Source: Bacteroides sp.
GTDB lineage: Bacteria; Bacteroidota; Bacteroidia; Bacteroidales; Bacteroidaceae
Assembly (NCBI GenBank): GCA_051878755.1
Contig: JBJEKS010000246.1
Coordinates: 1 to 51,508 of the forward strand
Direction of reading: 5' to 3'
Length of the DNA stretch: 51,508 nucleotides
Every line of letters starts with the position of its first letter. The first letter of the stretch is position 1. The notes beneath the pieces were generated by a model. The model was given only the letters and a program-made list of their open reading frames with translations, was not told where the DNA came from and searched no databases. Shown in pieces: positions 21,719-31,380 of this stretch. Position numbers and translations under genes: made by a program.

Positions 21719-23056
21719 CTACGAAAGGAATTGGTCAATCTCCTGCGCTATCTTTCTGCCGTGGGCCAGGGCACGCACTACGAGGCTGGCACCGTTGGCG
21801 GCATCGCCGGCTACGAAGACATTCTCGGGGAACTTCGGCTGCTCGGGCTTCAGGAAGCCCATGGCCAGGAGCACCATGTCGGCCTCGATAAGCTCCTTCT
21901 TGCCCGTGGGCTTCATCACGGGGCGGCCTCCGTCGGGATTGGGGAGCCACTCCACCTCTTCCACCTCAACGCCACAGACCTTGCCGTTCTTGCCGATGAA
22001 GCGGTTGGAGGTGAGGCACCAGCGTCGGGTACAACCCTCCTCATGACTGGAAGTGGTCTTCATCACCACGGGCCATTGCGGCCAGGGCGTGGCTGGGTTG
22101 TGCCCTACAGGCGGTTGAGGCATGATTTCAATCTGCGTTACGCTGACGGCACCTTGGCGGATGCTCGTGCCGATGCAGTCGCTACCCGTGTCGCCACCGC
22201 CGATGACCAGCACCTTCTTCCCCTTGGCGTTGACCAGCTCCTCTTTCGGGAAGCTCTCGCCATCGAGGATGCGGTTCTGCTGCGAAAGCATCTCCAAGGC
22301 GAAGTGTACCCCCTTGAGGTCGCGTCCAGGGATGGTGAGGTTGCGAGCCGTCGGTGTACCGGTGCAGATGGCGTAGGCATCAAAGCCCTTCGGCAACTGT
22401 TGCACATTCACGGTAACGCCCATCTCGAAGTGAATCCCTTCGGCTTCGAGCACCTTCATGCGGCGGTCGATGACGCTCTTGTCGAGCTTGAAGTTGGGGA
22501 TGCCGTAGCGCAGCAATCCGCCCGGATGAGGCTTGCTGTCGAAGATGGTCACCTCATAGCCCTTAGCGTTGAGGCGCACGGCGGTGCTCAGTCCTGCAGG
22601 ACCGGCCCCGATGATGGCTATGCGCTTGCCGTTGCGCTCCGGCTGGCAGGGCACTACATACCCTTCACGGAAAGCAGCCTCGGCGATGGCTGCCTCATTC
22701 TCACGGATGGTGACAGGCTCATCGCACGAGAGCTTCAGCACGCACGATTTCTCGCACAATGCAGGACAGATGCGTCCCGTAAATTCAGGAAAATCATTGG
22801 TCTGCGTCAAGATACGGTAAGCCTGTTGCCAGCGCCCCTTGAAGAGAGCATCCTGGAACTCCGGGTCTTTGTTGCCCAGCGGACAGGCCCAGTGGCAGAA
22901 AGGTACACCACAATCCATGCAGCGCGAGGCTTGCAGCTTGCGGTCGTGACTGTTGAGGGTTTGCTCCACCTGCGTGAAGTCGGTGATACGTTCGTGTATC
23001 GGACGGTAACCCGCCTCCTGGCGGGAGATATGGAGAAATGCTTTTGGATCGCCCAT
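21719..23056 (-). CDS. gltD: Glutamate synthase small subunit
   Basis: Motifs RCMDCGVPFC, FPEFTGRICPALCE, GAGPAG, GGLLRYGIP and IGGGDTGSDC; start MGDPKAF at 23056. Confidence 0.96.
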   Translation of the reverse strand: MGDPKAFLHISRQEAGYRPIHERITDFTQVEQTLNSHDRKLQASRCMDCGVPFCHWACPLGNKDPEFQDALFKGRWQQAYRILTQTNDFPEFTGRICPALCEKSCVLKLSCDEPVTIRENEAAIAEAAFREGYVVPCQPERNGKRIAIIGAGPAGLSTAVRLNAKGYEVTIFDSKPHPGGLLRYGIPNFKLDKSVIDRRMKVLEAEGIHFEMGVTVNVQQLPKGFDAYAICTGTPTARNLTIPGRDLKGVHFALEMLSQQNRILDGESFPKEELVNAKGKKVLVIGGGDTGSDCIGTSIRQGAVSVTQIEIMPQPPVGHNPATPWPQWPVVMKTTSSHEEGCTRRWCLTSNRFIGKNGKVCGVEVEEVEWLPNPDGGRPVMKPTGKKELIEADMVLLAMGFLKPEQPKFPENVFVAGDAANGASLVVRALAHGRKIAQEIDQFLS

Positions 23057-23079
23057 AATCAATCTTTATTTAATAGAGA

Positions 23080-23165
23080 CCCTCCCTCCCATAGAGGGAG
23101 GGGGAAAGTCAAGTTAGTATTTATTTCTTTCAAGTCTCCCCTTTAAGGGGAGATTTAGAGGGGTT
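23080..23165. repeat. Two C/G-run REP-like hairpins in the gltB-gltD spacer
   Basis: CCCTCCCTC-ccata-GAGGGAGGG (23080-23102) and TCTCCCCTT-t-AAGGGGAGA (23135-23153), followed by TTTAGAGGGGTT. Confidence 0.7.
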
Positions 23166-23167
23166 GC

Positions 23168-26100
23168 TTAATAGTCGCGTTGCATATCCGCAATCTTCTG
23201 TTGCAGCTTGCGCATCTGCTCTTCCTGGAGTACCTTCTTGTACTCGATGGGTACAATCTGGATGAACTCCTCTACGTAGTGGTTCCAGTCGTCGAGCATG
23301 GTGCGGGCCAGCTTGGAGCCGGTGTAGAGGTAGTGCTGTCGGATAAGCTCGTGCAGCTCCTTGCGATAGGAGGCTTCCTCGATGAGGCTCAGCTCCACCA
23401 TCTCCATGTTGCAGAAGTAGTCGAAGTTGCCCTCGCGGTTCCATACGTAGGCCACACCGCCACTCATACCAGCAGCGAAGTTGCGCCCTGTCTCGCCGAG
23501 CACTACCACGCGGCCACCAGTCATGTACTCGCAGCAGTGGTCGCCCACGCCCTCGACTACCGCAATGGCACCCGAGTTGCGCACGGCAAAGCGCTCGCCC
23601 ACACGGCCGTTGATATAAACCTCGCCCGAAGTGGCACCATAGAGCAGCGTGTTGCCGGCAATGGTGTTCTTCTCCGCCTCGAAGTTGCTCCGTACGGGAG
23701 GCATCACGGCGATGCGTCCACCGCTCAACCCCTTGCCCAGGTAGTCGTTCGCCTCACCCTCCAGCTTGAAGTTGATGCCAGGCATCAGGAAGGCACCGAA
23801 GCTCTGACCTGCTGAGCCTTTGAACTTCACGTTTAGCGTCTGCTCAGGCAATCCCTTCGCACCATACTTGGTGGCCACAGCCCCTGAGAGCATGGCGCCT
23901 ACGGCACGGTCGGTGTTGGCAATGGTATATTCCAGTGACATCTCGCGTTGATGCTCCAGCGTATCGGCTGCTGCACGCAGTATCTCCACATCCTTCACCG
24001 TGTCGATGCCATGCTGCTGGTCGATGACGTGATGGATGGCGGCTCCGTTGTCGATGCGGGTCAGCAATCGGCTGAAGTTAATCAGTTCATGTTTCTTCAC
24101 GCCGTCGTCAGCCTTGCGGATGATGAGGTCGGTGCGGCCGATGATCTCGTCCATGCTCTTGGCACCGATTTCGGCCAGGTATTCACGTACCTCCTGAGCC
24201 AGGAAGGTGAAGTAGTTGACGAGGTATTCGCTCCGGCCGAGGAAGCGCTTGCGCAGTTCAGCATTCTGTGTGGCCACACCCACGGGGCAGGTGTTTTGGT
24301 TACATTTGCGCATCATCACGCAGCCCAGTACAATCAGGGCGGCGGTGGCAAAACCATACTCCTCAGCACCAAGCATAGCCATGAGCACCACATCGCGACC
24401 CGTCTTGAGCTGACCATCAACCTGCAGCATCACCTGTCCGCGGAGGCCGTTGAGCACAAGTGTCTGCTGCGTTTCGCTCAGTCCTATCTCAGGCGAGATG
24501 CCCGCATAGCGGATGGAGCTGGCCGGCGAGGCACCTGTACCACCTTCTGCACCCGAGATGACGATGAGGTCGGCCTTCGCCTTGGCCACACCGGCAGCAA
24601 TGGTACCCACACCGCTCTCGGCCACCAGCTTCACACTGATTTTAGCGCGGGGGTTGACATTCTTCAGGTCGAAGATGAGCTGAGCCAGGTCCTCGATGGA
24701 GTAGATGTCGTGGTGGGGCGGGGGAGAGATAAGCGAGATGCCCGGTATCGAGTGACGCGTGCGGGCAATCACTTGATCAACCTTGAAGCCTGGCAGCTGT
24801 CCACCTTCACCCGGCTTGGCACCTTGGGCTATCTTAATCTGTATTTCGTCGGCATTCACCAGGTACTCCGTCGTCACACCGAAGCGTCCACTGGCCACCT
24901 GCTTGATGGCGCTGCGCATCGGGGTGTTGAAGCGGGCACTATCCTCACCGCCCTCACCTGTGTTGCTGCGTCCATGCAGCTGGTTCATGGCGATGGCAAT
25001 GGCTTCGTGAGCCTCCTGGCTGATGGCACCAAACGACATGGCTCCCGTCACGAAGCGGCGCACGATACTTTCTACGGGCTCTACCTCATCAATGGAGATG
25101 GGGTTGTGCTTGAAATCGAGGAAGTCGCGCAGGAAGATGGGTTTCTCCTTGCTATCCACCAGGTGAGTGAACTCCTTAAACTTCTTGTAGCTGCCCAGAC
25201 GTGTAGCCAGCTGCAGCGTACTGATGGTCTCGGGGTTCCAAGCGTGGGCTTCACCATCCTTGCGGAAGGCGTAGAGGCCGCGGTTGGGCAGCAGCGGCAT
25301 CTCCTGGTCGATGGAACTCCCTGTCCCTTCAGCCTGTTGGTGCTGCTCCTTGCGGAAAGCCTCCAGCCCCTCGTCGTGGAAGGCGATGGCATCGCGGGCC
25401 ACCTCTTCAAGGCGAATACCGCCGATGGAGGAGCGCAAACCACCGAAGTAGGCGTTGCTCAACTCCTCGCTCAGACCTACGGCCTCGAAGATTTTCGCAC
25501 CGCGGTAGGAGCGGATGGTACTGATACCCATCTTACTCATTATCTTGAAGAGGCCCTTGCAGATGGCCTTGATGTAATTCTTTTCGGCCGTGGCATAGTC
25601 GAGCTGAATCTCGCTTCGGGCCACCAGTTTGTCGAGCACGGCAAAGGCCATGTAGGGACAGAGGGCGCTGGCACCGAAGCCCAGCAGCAGGGCGGCGTGC
25701 ATCACCTCGCGGATTTCACCACTCTCTACGACGAGTGCGGTCTGAACGCGCTTGCCCACCGAGATGAGGTGGTGGTGAACGGCGCTCACAGCCAGCAGCG
25801 AGGGAATGGCCGCATGATCAGTGTCAATGTCACGGTCGGAGAGGACGATGTAGTTTACTCCTTCGTTCACTGATTCTTCCGCTTTGCGGCAGAGTTCGCT
25901 CAGGGCCTCCTGCAGGGCTGCCCGTCCGCGCGAAGCTTCGAAGAGCATAGGCAGCTTCACTGTCTTGAAGCCCTTGTAGCGGATGTTACAGAGTAGGTCG
26001 AGTTGGGTATTGGTTAGGATGGGGTGGTTGAGGCGCACCATCTTGCAGTGGCTCTCGTTGGGCGTGAGGATGTTCATACCCACGGCACCGATGTACTCGG

Positions 26101-27742
26101 TGAGCGACATCACCAGCTCCTCGCGGATGGGGTCGATGGGTGGGTTGGTGACCTGGGCAAACTGCTGACGGAAGTAGTTGAAGAGCAGTTGCGGTTTGTC
26201 GCTCAGCACAGCCAGCGGCGTATCGTTACCCATGGCGCTGATAGGCTCGGCACCGTTTTGTGCCATGGGGGTGATGATTTTTTCTACATCCTCCTTGGTG
26301 TAGCCGAAGCTGCGGAGGTTGGCTTCGTAGTGGGGTACGCTGTGGGCCACCTTGCGGCCGCTCTTCAGTTCATCCAGCTCAATGCGGTTGGCGGCCAGCC
26401 ACGAACGGTAGGGCTTGGCATCGGCCAACTGGCGTTTCAGCTCACCATCGTAGTAAATCTTACCCTCCTGGGTATCTACGAGCAAAATCTTACCCGGTTG
26501 CAGCCGTCCTTTCTCCTTGATGTCGGCCGGCTCGAAGTCCATGACACCCACTTCGCTGGCCACCACCATCGTATCGTTCTTCGTGATGAGGTAACGGGCA
26601 GGGCGCAGGCCATTACGGTCGAGCATACCGCCGGCAAAGCGGCCATCGCTGAAGAGTAGGGCGGCAGGTCCGTCCCATGGCTCCATCAGGATGGAGTGGT
26701 ATTCGTAGAAGGCTTTCAGTTCCTCGCTGATGGGGTTCTTCTCGTTGAATGATTCCGGTACGAGCATGGCCATGGCATGGGGCAGGCTGAGGCCTGACAT
26801 GACGAGAAACTCCAGCACATTGTCAAGCGAGGCACTGTCGCTCATGCCCGGCTGCACGATGGGACGCAGCTCCTTGATGTCGCCCAGGGTGGGGGTGGAG
26901 AGCACGCTCTCACGCGCTTCCATCCAGCCTCGGTTGCCACGGATGGTGTTGATTTCGCCGTTGTGGGCCAGTAGCCGGAAGGGCTGTGCCAATCCCCAGG
27001 TGGGGAAGGTGTTGGTGGAGAAACGGCTGTGCACCAGGGCCAGGCCGCTGGTGAAGTAGCTGTTGGTCAGGTCGGGGAAGTAGCTACGCAGCTGCATCGA
27101 CGAGAGCATACCTTTATATATAATGTTCTTCGTGGAGAGTGACACCACGTAGAAGTCATTGCGTGTGGGGATAGAGGAGCGGCGCACCTTGTTCTCGATG
27201 CGCTTGCGGATAAGGTAGAGCTTGCGGTCGGCAGTTTCGCTGTCTGCAAAGCCGGTAACGAAAATCTGCTTGATGTCGGGTTCAGCAGCGCGAGCCGATT
27301 CACCCAATATCTCCGGGCAGGTAGGTACGTTACGCAGGTGCATCAGGGTGAGCCCTTCGCGCTCAATCTCCTCGATAATAATGCTGAGAATTTCCTGCTG
27401 GTCCTGCTGTGCTTTGGGCAGGAAGAGGAGTCCGGTTCCATAGCGTCCTTTCTCGGGCACGGGGATACCCTGCAGTAGGATAAACTCGTGGGGTATCTGC
27501 AGCATGATGCCTGCACCGTCGCCCGTCTTATTGTCTGCTCCCTCAGCGCCGCGGTGGCGCATGTTCTCGAGCACCTTCAGTGCCGATTCCACAAGCTCGT
27601 GCGACTTACCTCCCTTGATGTTGACAATCATGCCCACACCGCAGGCATCGTGTTCGTTGGTCGCATCGTAAAGCCCCATTGATTGGGGCTGACGTGGAAG
27701 TAAGCTCACTTTTGTTTCGTTGTTAAAAAGTTCTTCTTTCAT
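23168..27742 (-). CDS. gltB: Glutamate synthase large subunit
   Basis: Motifs EHDACGVG, HSRFSTNT, FAQVTNPPID, IKQVASGRFGV, QGAKPGEGGQLPG and the GXGXG C-terminal domain. Start at ATG 27742, downstream of TATCTTTG at 27799-27806. Confidence 0.97.
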   Translation of the reverse strand: MKEELFNNETKVSLLPRQPQSMGLYDATNEHDACGVGMIVNIKGGKSHELVESALKVLENMRHRGAEGADNKTGDGAGIMLQIPHEFILLQGIPVPEKGRYGTGLLFLPKAQQDQQEILSIIIEEIEREGLTLMHLRNVPTCPEILGESARAAEPDIKQIFVTGFADSETADRKLYLIRKRIENKVRRSSIPTRNDFYVVSLSTKNIIYKGMLSSMQLRSYFPDLTNSYFTSGLALVHSRFSTNTFPTWGLAQPFRLLAHNGEINTIRGNRGWMEARESVLSTPTLGDIKELRPIVQPGMSDSASLDNVLEFLVMSGLSLPHAMAMLVPESFNEKNPISEELKAFYEYHSILMEPWDGPAALLFSDGRFAGGMLDRNGLRPARYLITKNDTMVVASEVGVMDFEPADIKEKGRLQPGKILLVDTQEGKIYYDGELKRQLADAKPYRSWLAANRIELDELKSGRKVAHSVPHYEANLRSFGYTKEDVEKIITPMAQNGAEPISAMGNDTPLAVLSDKPQLLFNYFRQQFAQVTNPPIDPIREELVMSLTEYIGAVGMNILTPNESHCKMVRLNHPILTNTQLDLLCNIRYKGFKTVKLPMLFEASRGRAALQEALSELCRKAEESVNEGVNYIVLSDRDIDTDHAAIPSLLAVSAVHHHLISVGKRVQTALVVESGEIREVMHAALLLGFGASALCPYMAFAVLDKLVARSEIQLDYATAEKNYIKAICKGLFKIMSKMGISTIRSYRGAKIFEAVGLSEELSNAYFGGLRSSIGGIRLEEVARDAIAFHDEGLEAFRKEQHQQAEGTGSSIDQEMPLLPNRGLYAFRKDGEAHAWNPETISTLQLATRLGSYKKFKEFTHLVDSKEKPIFLRDFLDFKHNPISIDEVEPVESIVRRFVTGAMSFGAISQEAHEAIAIAMNQLHGRSNTGEGGEDSARFNTPMRSAIKQVASGRFGVTTEYLVNADEIQIKIAQGAKPGEGGQLPGFKVDQVIARTRHSIPGISLISPPPHHDIYSIEDLAQLIFDLKNVNPRAKISVKLVAESGVGTIAAGVAKAKADLIVISGAEGGTGASPASSIRYAGISPEIGLSETQQTLVLNGLRGQVMLQVDGQLKTGRDVVLMAMLGAEEYGFATAALIVLGCVMMRKCNQNTCPVGVATQNAELRKRFLGRSEYLVNYFTFLAQEVREYLAEIGAKSMDEIIGRTDLIIRKADDGVKKHELINFSRLLTRIDNGAAIHHVIDQQHGIDTVKDVEILRAAADTLEHQREMSLEYTIANTDRAVGAMLSGAVATKYGAKGLPEQTLNVKFKGSAGQSFGAFLMPGINFKLEGEANDYLGKGLSGGRIAVMPPVRSNFEAEKNTIAGNTLLYGATSGEVYINGRVGERFAVRNSGAIAVVEGVGDHCCEYMTGGRVVVLGETGRNFAAGMSGGVAYVWNREGNFDYFCNMEMVELSLIEEASYRKELHELIRQHYLYTGSKLARTMLDDWNHYVEEFIQIVPIEYKKVLQEEQMRKLQQKIADMQRDY

Positions 27743-28086
27743 CGTTCTGTGGTTACTTTGTAAACTAATATACCTATTTTGTGTGTCAAAATGCTCTGCA
27801 AAGATAGGTAGATTATTGCAAAGTGACATGTATTTTTATCTACTTCTTTTGCTTCAAATCGTTGTTTGACTCGTGGAACTTACAGATTGATGGTTTAGAG
27901 TGGTGAAATATTACTTGATTGGAAGCTTATATCGTCTGTTTGCTTTTAATTTGTAAATATAGACATTTGAAATGAAATTTTTATGATTGATTTCTTTTTG
28001 CTGCAAAAATATGGTGTTTTTGTGATTTTGATAAAAATAACGATAAAAAGATGTCTTTATGTTGCAAGGATGTGACAAAGATTTGT

Positions 28087-28094
28087 TATCTTTG
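28087..28094 (+). promoter_or_regulatory. -7 promoter element for purF-carA-carB
   Basis: TATCTTTG followed by CAGCC, about 250 nt upstream of the purF-like ATG. Confidence 0.65.
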
Positions 28095-28253
28095 CAGCCA
28101 AAATGAACAGACAATGAAAGAAAGCGAGTCACTATATAATATATATAGGTATAAGATGCAACCTAGCGTCTCTTCCCCGTTGCTGAGTGAACAGTTGTTC
28201 CCGATGAATGGGCGGTCGGCTTGTTTCTTTCGTTTTTCTCTTTTATCGCTTTT

Positions 28254-28302
28254 ATCTCCCCGACAACATTGTTTCAGTTGTGTCAGTGGGGGATTTTTTT
28301 TT
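28254..28302 (+). terminator. Terminator/attenuator hairpin in the 5' leader of the purF-like gene
   Basis: ATCTCCC...GGGGGAT outer stem and GACAAC/GTTG-TC inner stem with a T9 tract, ending 39 nt before the ATG. Confidence 0.65.
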
Positions 28303-28341
28303 GTCTTCCACCGAAGTGAATAATCGATTAAATGAACCAAT

Positions 28342-30225
28342 ATGGAACCGTTAAAGCATGAATGTGGCGTGGCAATGATTCGCCTGCTCAAACCATTGGA
28401 GTATTATCAGCAGAAGTATGGCACGTGGATGTACGGCCTCAACAAGCTTTACCTGCTCATGGAGAAGCAGCACAACCGTGGACAGGAGGGAGCTGGGTTG
28501 GCCTGTGTAAAGCTCGAGGCCAATCCGGGTGAGGAGTATATGTTCCGTGAGCGGGCCATCGGATCGGGGGCTATCACCGAGATTTTTGGTACGGTGCAGA
28601 GTCACTTTAAAGAGCTCTCAGAAGAGCTGCTGCACGATGCGGATTATGCCAAGCGCTGCCTTCCCTTTGCGGGCGAGGTCTATATGGGTCACCTGCGCTA
28701 CTCCACTACAGGCAAGAGCGGATTGCAGTATATACACCCCTTCCTGCGCCGCAACAACTGGCGGGCCAAGAACCTGGCCCTCTGCGGCAACTTCAACCTC
28801 ACCAACGTGGACGAGATATTTGCCCGCATCACCGCCATTGGACAGCATCCGCGCAAGTATGCTGACACCTACATCATGCTGGAGCAGGTGGGCCATCGCC
28901 TGGATCGCGAGGCGGAACGGCTCTTCAACCTGGCCGAGGCCGAGGGACTGACGGGCATGGGGGTGACCAATTACATTGAGGAGCATATCGACCTGGCCAA
29001 CGTGCTGCGTACGAGCAGCAAGGAGTGGGACGGTGGCTATGTGATGTGCGGCATCACGGGCAGCGGCGAGAGCTTTGCCGTGCGCGACCCGTGGGGCATC
29101 CGTCCCGCCTTCTGGTACCAGGACGAAGAGGTGGTGGTGCTGGCCAGCGAACGCCCTGTCATTCAGACCGCCTTTAATGTGCAGGCCACGGATATACGCG
29201 AACTGCTGCCTGGGCAGTCGGTGCTCATCAGCAAAGCCGGCCAGGTATGCACCGTACAAATCAACAAGCCCAAGGCTGTCAAGCCCTGCTCCTTCGAGCG
29301 CATCTATTTCAGCCGCGGCAGCGACATCGATATCTACCGCGAACGCAAGCTGCTCGGTGAGAAACTGGTACCCAGCATCCTCAAGGCTGTGGATAACGAC
29401 ATCGACCACACTGTCTTCTCCTTCATTCCCAATACTGCCGAGGTGGCTTTCTACGGTATGTTGCAAGGTCTCGACAACTACCTCAACGAGGAGAAGGTGC
29501 AACAGATAGCCGCCCTGGGACATAACCCTAGCCATGATGAGCTGGAGCGCATCCTCTCCCGTCGCATCCGTAGCGAGAAGGTGGCCATTAAGGACATCAA
29601 GCTGCGCACCTTCATTGCCGAGGGCAACAGCCGCAACGACCTGGCCGCCCACGTCTATGACATCACCTACGGTAGCCTGGAGCCTGGCGTGGACAACCTG
29701 GTCATCATTGACGACAGCATCGTGCGCGGCACCACGCTCAAGCAGAGCATCATCAGCATCCTCGACCGGCTGCACCCCAAGAAGATTGTCATCGTCAGCT
29801 CCTCGCCGCAGGTGCGCTATCCCGACTACTACGGCATCGATATGGCCCGCATGAGCGAGTTCATCGCCTTCAAGGCGGCTATCGAACTCCTCAAGGAGCG
29901 GGAGATGAAGGATGTGATTGCCGCCGCCTACCGCAAGTCGAAGGATCAGGTGGGACTACCCAAGGAGCAGATGGTCAACTATGTGAAGGAGATTTACGCT
30001 CCCTTCAGCGATGAGGAGATATCAGAAAAGATGGTGGAACTGCTCACTCCCGAGGGTACGAGGGCTAAGGTGCAGATTGTCTATCAGCCCTTGCAAGGTC
30101 TCCACGAAGCTTGCCCCAACCATCCAGGCGACTGGTACTTCAGTGGCGATTACCCCACCCCAGGCGGCGTGAAGCTTCTCAACCAAGCCTTCATCAATTA
30201 CATCGAGCAGGTGTATCAGTTCTGA
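28342..30225 (+). CDS. purF: Amidophosphoribosyltransferase (Bacteroidetes long type)
   Basis: Ntn propeptide HECG; motifs QHNRGQEGAG, GHLRYST, RDPWGIRP, CSFERIYFSR, PRPP-binding VIIDDSIVRGTT, and YGIDM. Confidence 0.88.
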   Translation: MEPLKHECGVAMIRLLKPLEYYQQKYGTWMYGLNKLYLLMEKQHNRGQEGAGLACVKLEANPGEEYMFRERAIGSGAITEIFGTVQSHFKELSEELLHDADYAKRCLPFAGEVYMGHLRYSTTGKSGLQYIHPFLRRNNWRAKNLALCGNFNLTNVDEIFARITAIGQHPRKYADTYIMLEQVGHRLDREAERLFNLAEAEGLTGMGVTNYIEEHIDLANVLRTSSKEWDGGYVMCGITGSGESFAVRDPWGIRPAFWYQDEEVVVLASERPVIQTAFNVQATDIRELLPGQSVLISKAGQVCTVQINKPKAVKPCSFERIYFSRGSDIDIYRERKLLGEKLVPSILKAVDNDIDHTVFSFIPNTAEVAFYGMLQGLDNYLNEEKVQQIAALGHNPSHDELERILSRRIRSEKVAIKDIKLRTFIAEGNSRNDLAAHVYDITYGSLEPGVDNLVIIDDSIVRGTTLKQSIISILDRLHPKKIVIVSSSPQVRYPDYYGIDMARMSEFIAFKAAIELLKEREMKDVIAAAYRKSKDQVGLPKEQMVNYVKEIYAPFSDEEISEKMVELLTPEGTRAKVQIVYQPLQGLHEACPNHPGDWYFSGDYPTPGGVKLLNQAFINYIEQVYQF

Positions 30226-30252
30226 AAACTAAAAACTAAGAACTAAAAACTA
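30225..30252. repeat. Heptamer tandem repeat (AAAACTA)x4
   Basis: aaaacta aaaacta agaacta aaaacta, starting at the last base of the purF stop codon. Confidence 0.75.
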
Positions 30253-30291
30253 AGGATTTGTCATCTTGTCAATTTGAATTTAAAAACATAT

Positions 30292-31374
30292 ATGAGAAAA
30301 GCAACATTGATTCTGAGCGACGGCACACGCTTCTGTGGGGAGTCGTTTGGCTATGAGAAGCCGGTGGCTGGCGAGGTGGTGTTCAATACTGCCATGTCGG
30401 GCTATCCGGAGAGTTTGACCGACCCTTCGTATGCCGGTCAGCTGATGACGCTCACCTATCCTTTGGTGGGCAACTACGGGGTACCTCCCTTCACCATCGA
30501 GGCTGATGGAATACCCACCTTCATGGAGAGCGAACGCATCCATGCCGAGGCCATCATCGTGAGCGACTATTCGCTGCAGTACAGCCATTGGAATGCCACC
30601 GAAAGCTTGGCAGACTGGCTCAAGCGGGAACAGGTACCAGGTCTGACAGGCATTGATACCCGTCACCTCACCAAAGTGTTGCGCGAGCATGGTGTCATGA
30701 TGGGTAAGATTGTCTTTGACGATGAACCTGACTCTTGCCCCGAAGCCACTTATGCTGGGGTTAACTATGTCGATAAGGTGAGTTGCAAGGAGGTTATCCG
30801 TTATAACGAAGGGGCTGACAAGAGGGTGGTGCTTGTCGATTGCGGCGTGAAGGCCAACATCTTGCGCTGCCTTATCCGCCGCGGTGTGGAGGTGATTCGT
30901 GTACCCTGGGATTACGACTTCAATACCCTCTCTTTCGATGGGCTCTTCATCTCCAACGGTCCGGGTGACCCAGACACCTGCGAGGCTGCCGTGCTGAATA
31001 TCCGTAAGGCCATGGCTAACGAGTTGCTCCCCATCTTCGGCATCTGCATGGGCAATCAGTTGCTGTCGAAGGCTGGCGGTGCCAAGATCTATAAGCTGAA
31101 GTATGGACACCGCAGTCACAACCAACCCGTGCGCATGGTGGGTACTAACCGTTGCTTCATCACCAGCCAGAATCATGGCTATGCTGTCGATAACAACACG
31201 CTAGGAACAGATTGGGAACCTCTCTTCATCAATATGAACGACGGATCCAACGAAGGTATCCGTCACAAGAAGAACCCTTGGTTCTCCGCCCAGTTCCATC
31301 CCGAAGCCTGCTCCGGTCCTACCGATACCGAGTTCCTCTTTGATGATTTCTTGAAGTTGGTGAATCAAAAATAA
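30292..31374 (+). CDS. carA: Carbamoyl-phosphate synthase small subunit
   Basis: Motifs GEVVFNT, TDPSY, SNGPGDP, FGICMGNQ, HRSHNQP, TSQNHGY and QFHPE; start at ATG 30292. Confidence 0.97.
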   Translation: MRKATLILSDGTRFCGESFGYEKPVAGEVVFNTAMSGYPESLTDPSYAGQLMTLTYPLVGNYGVPPFTIEADGIPTFMESERIHAEAIIVSDYSLQYSHWNATESLADWLKREQVPGLTGIDTRHLTKVLREHGVMMGKIVFDDEPDSCPEATYAGVNYVDKVSCKEVIRYNEGADKRVVLVDCGVKANILRCLIRRGVEVIRVPWDYDFNTLSFDGLFISNGPGDPDTCEAAVLNIRKAMANELLPIFGICMGNQLLSKAGGAKIYKLKYGHRSHNQPVRMVGTNRCFITSQNHGYAVDNNTLGTDWEPLFINMNDGSNEGIRHKKNPWFSAQFHPEACSGPTDTEFLFDDFLKLVNQK

Positions 31375-31380
31375 ACGATA

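Noticed and set aside
28100-28340. glmS ribozyme, PyrR site or purine riboswitch
   Set aside because: I could not find the conserved cores of any of these, so the region is kept only as a generic attenuator candidate.
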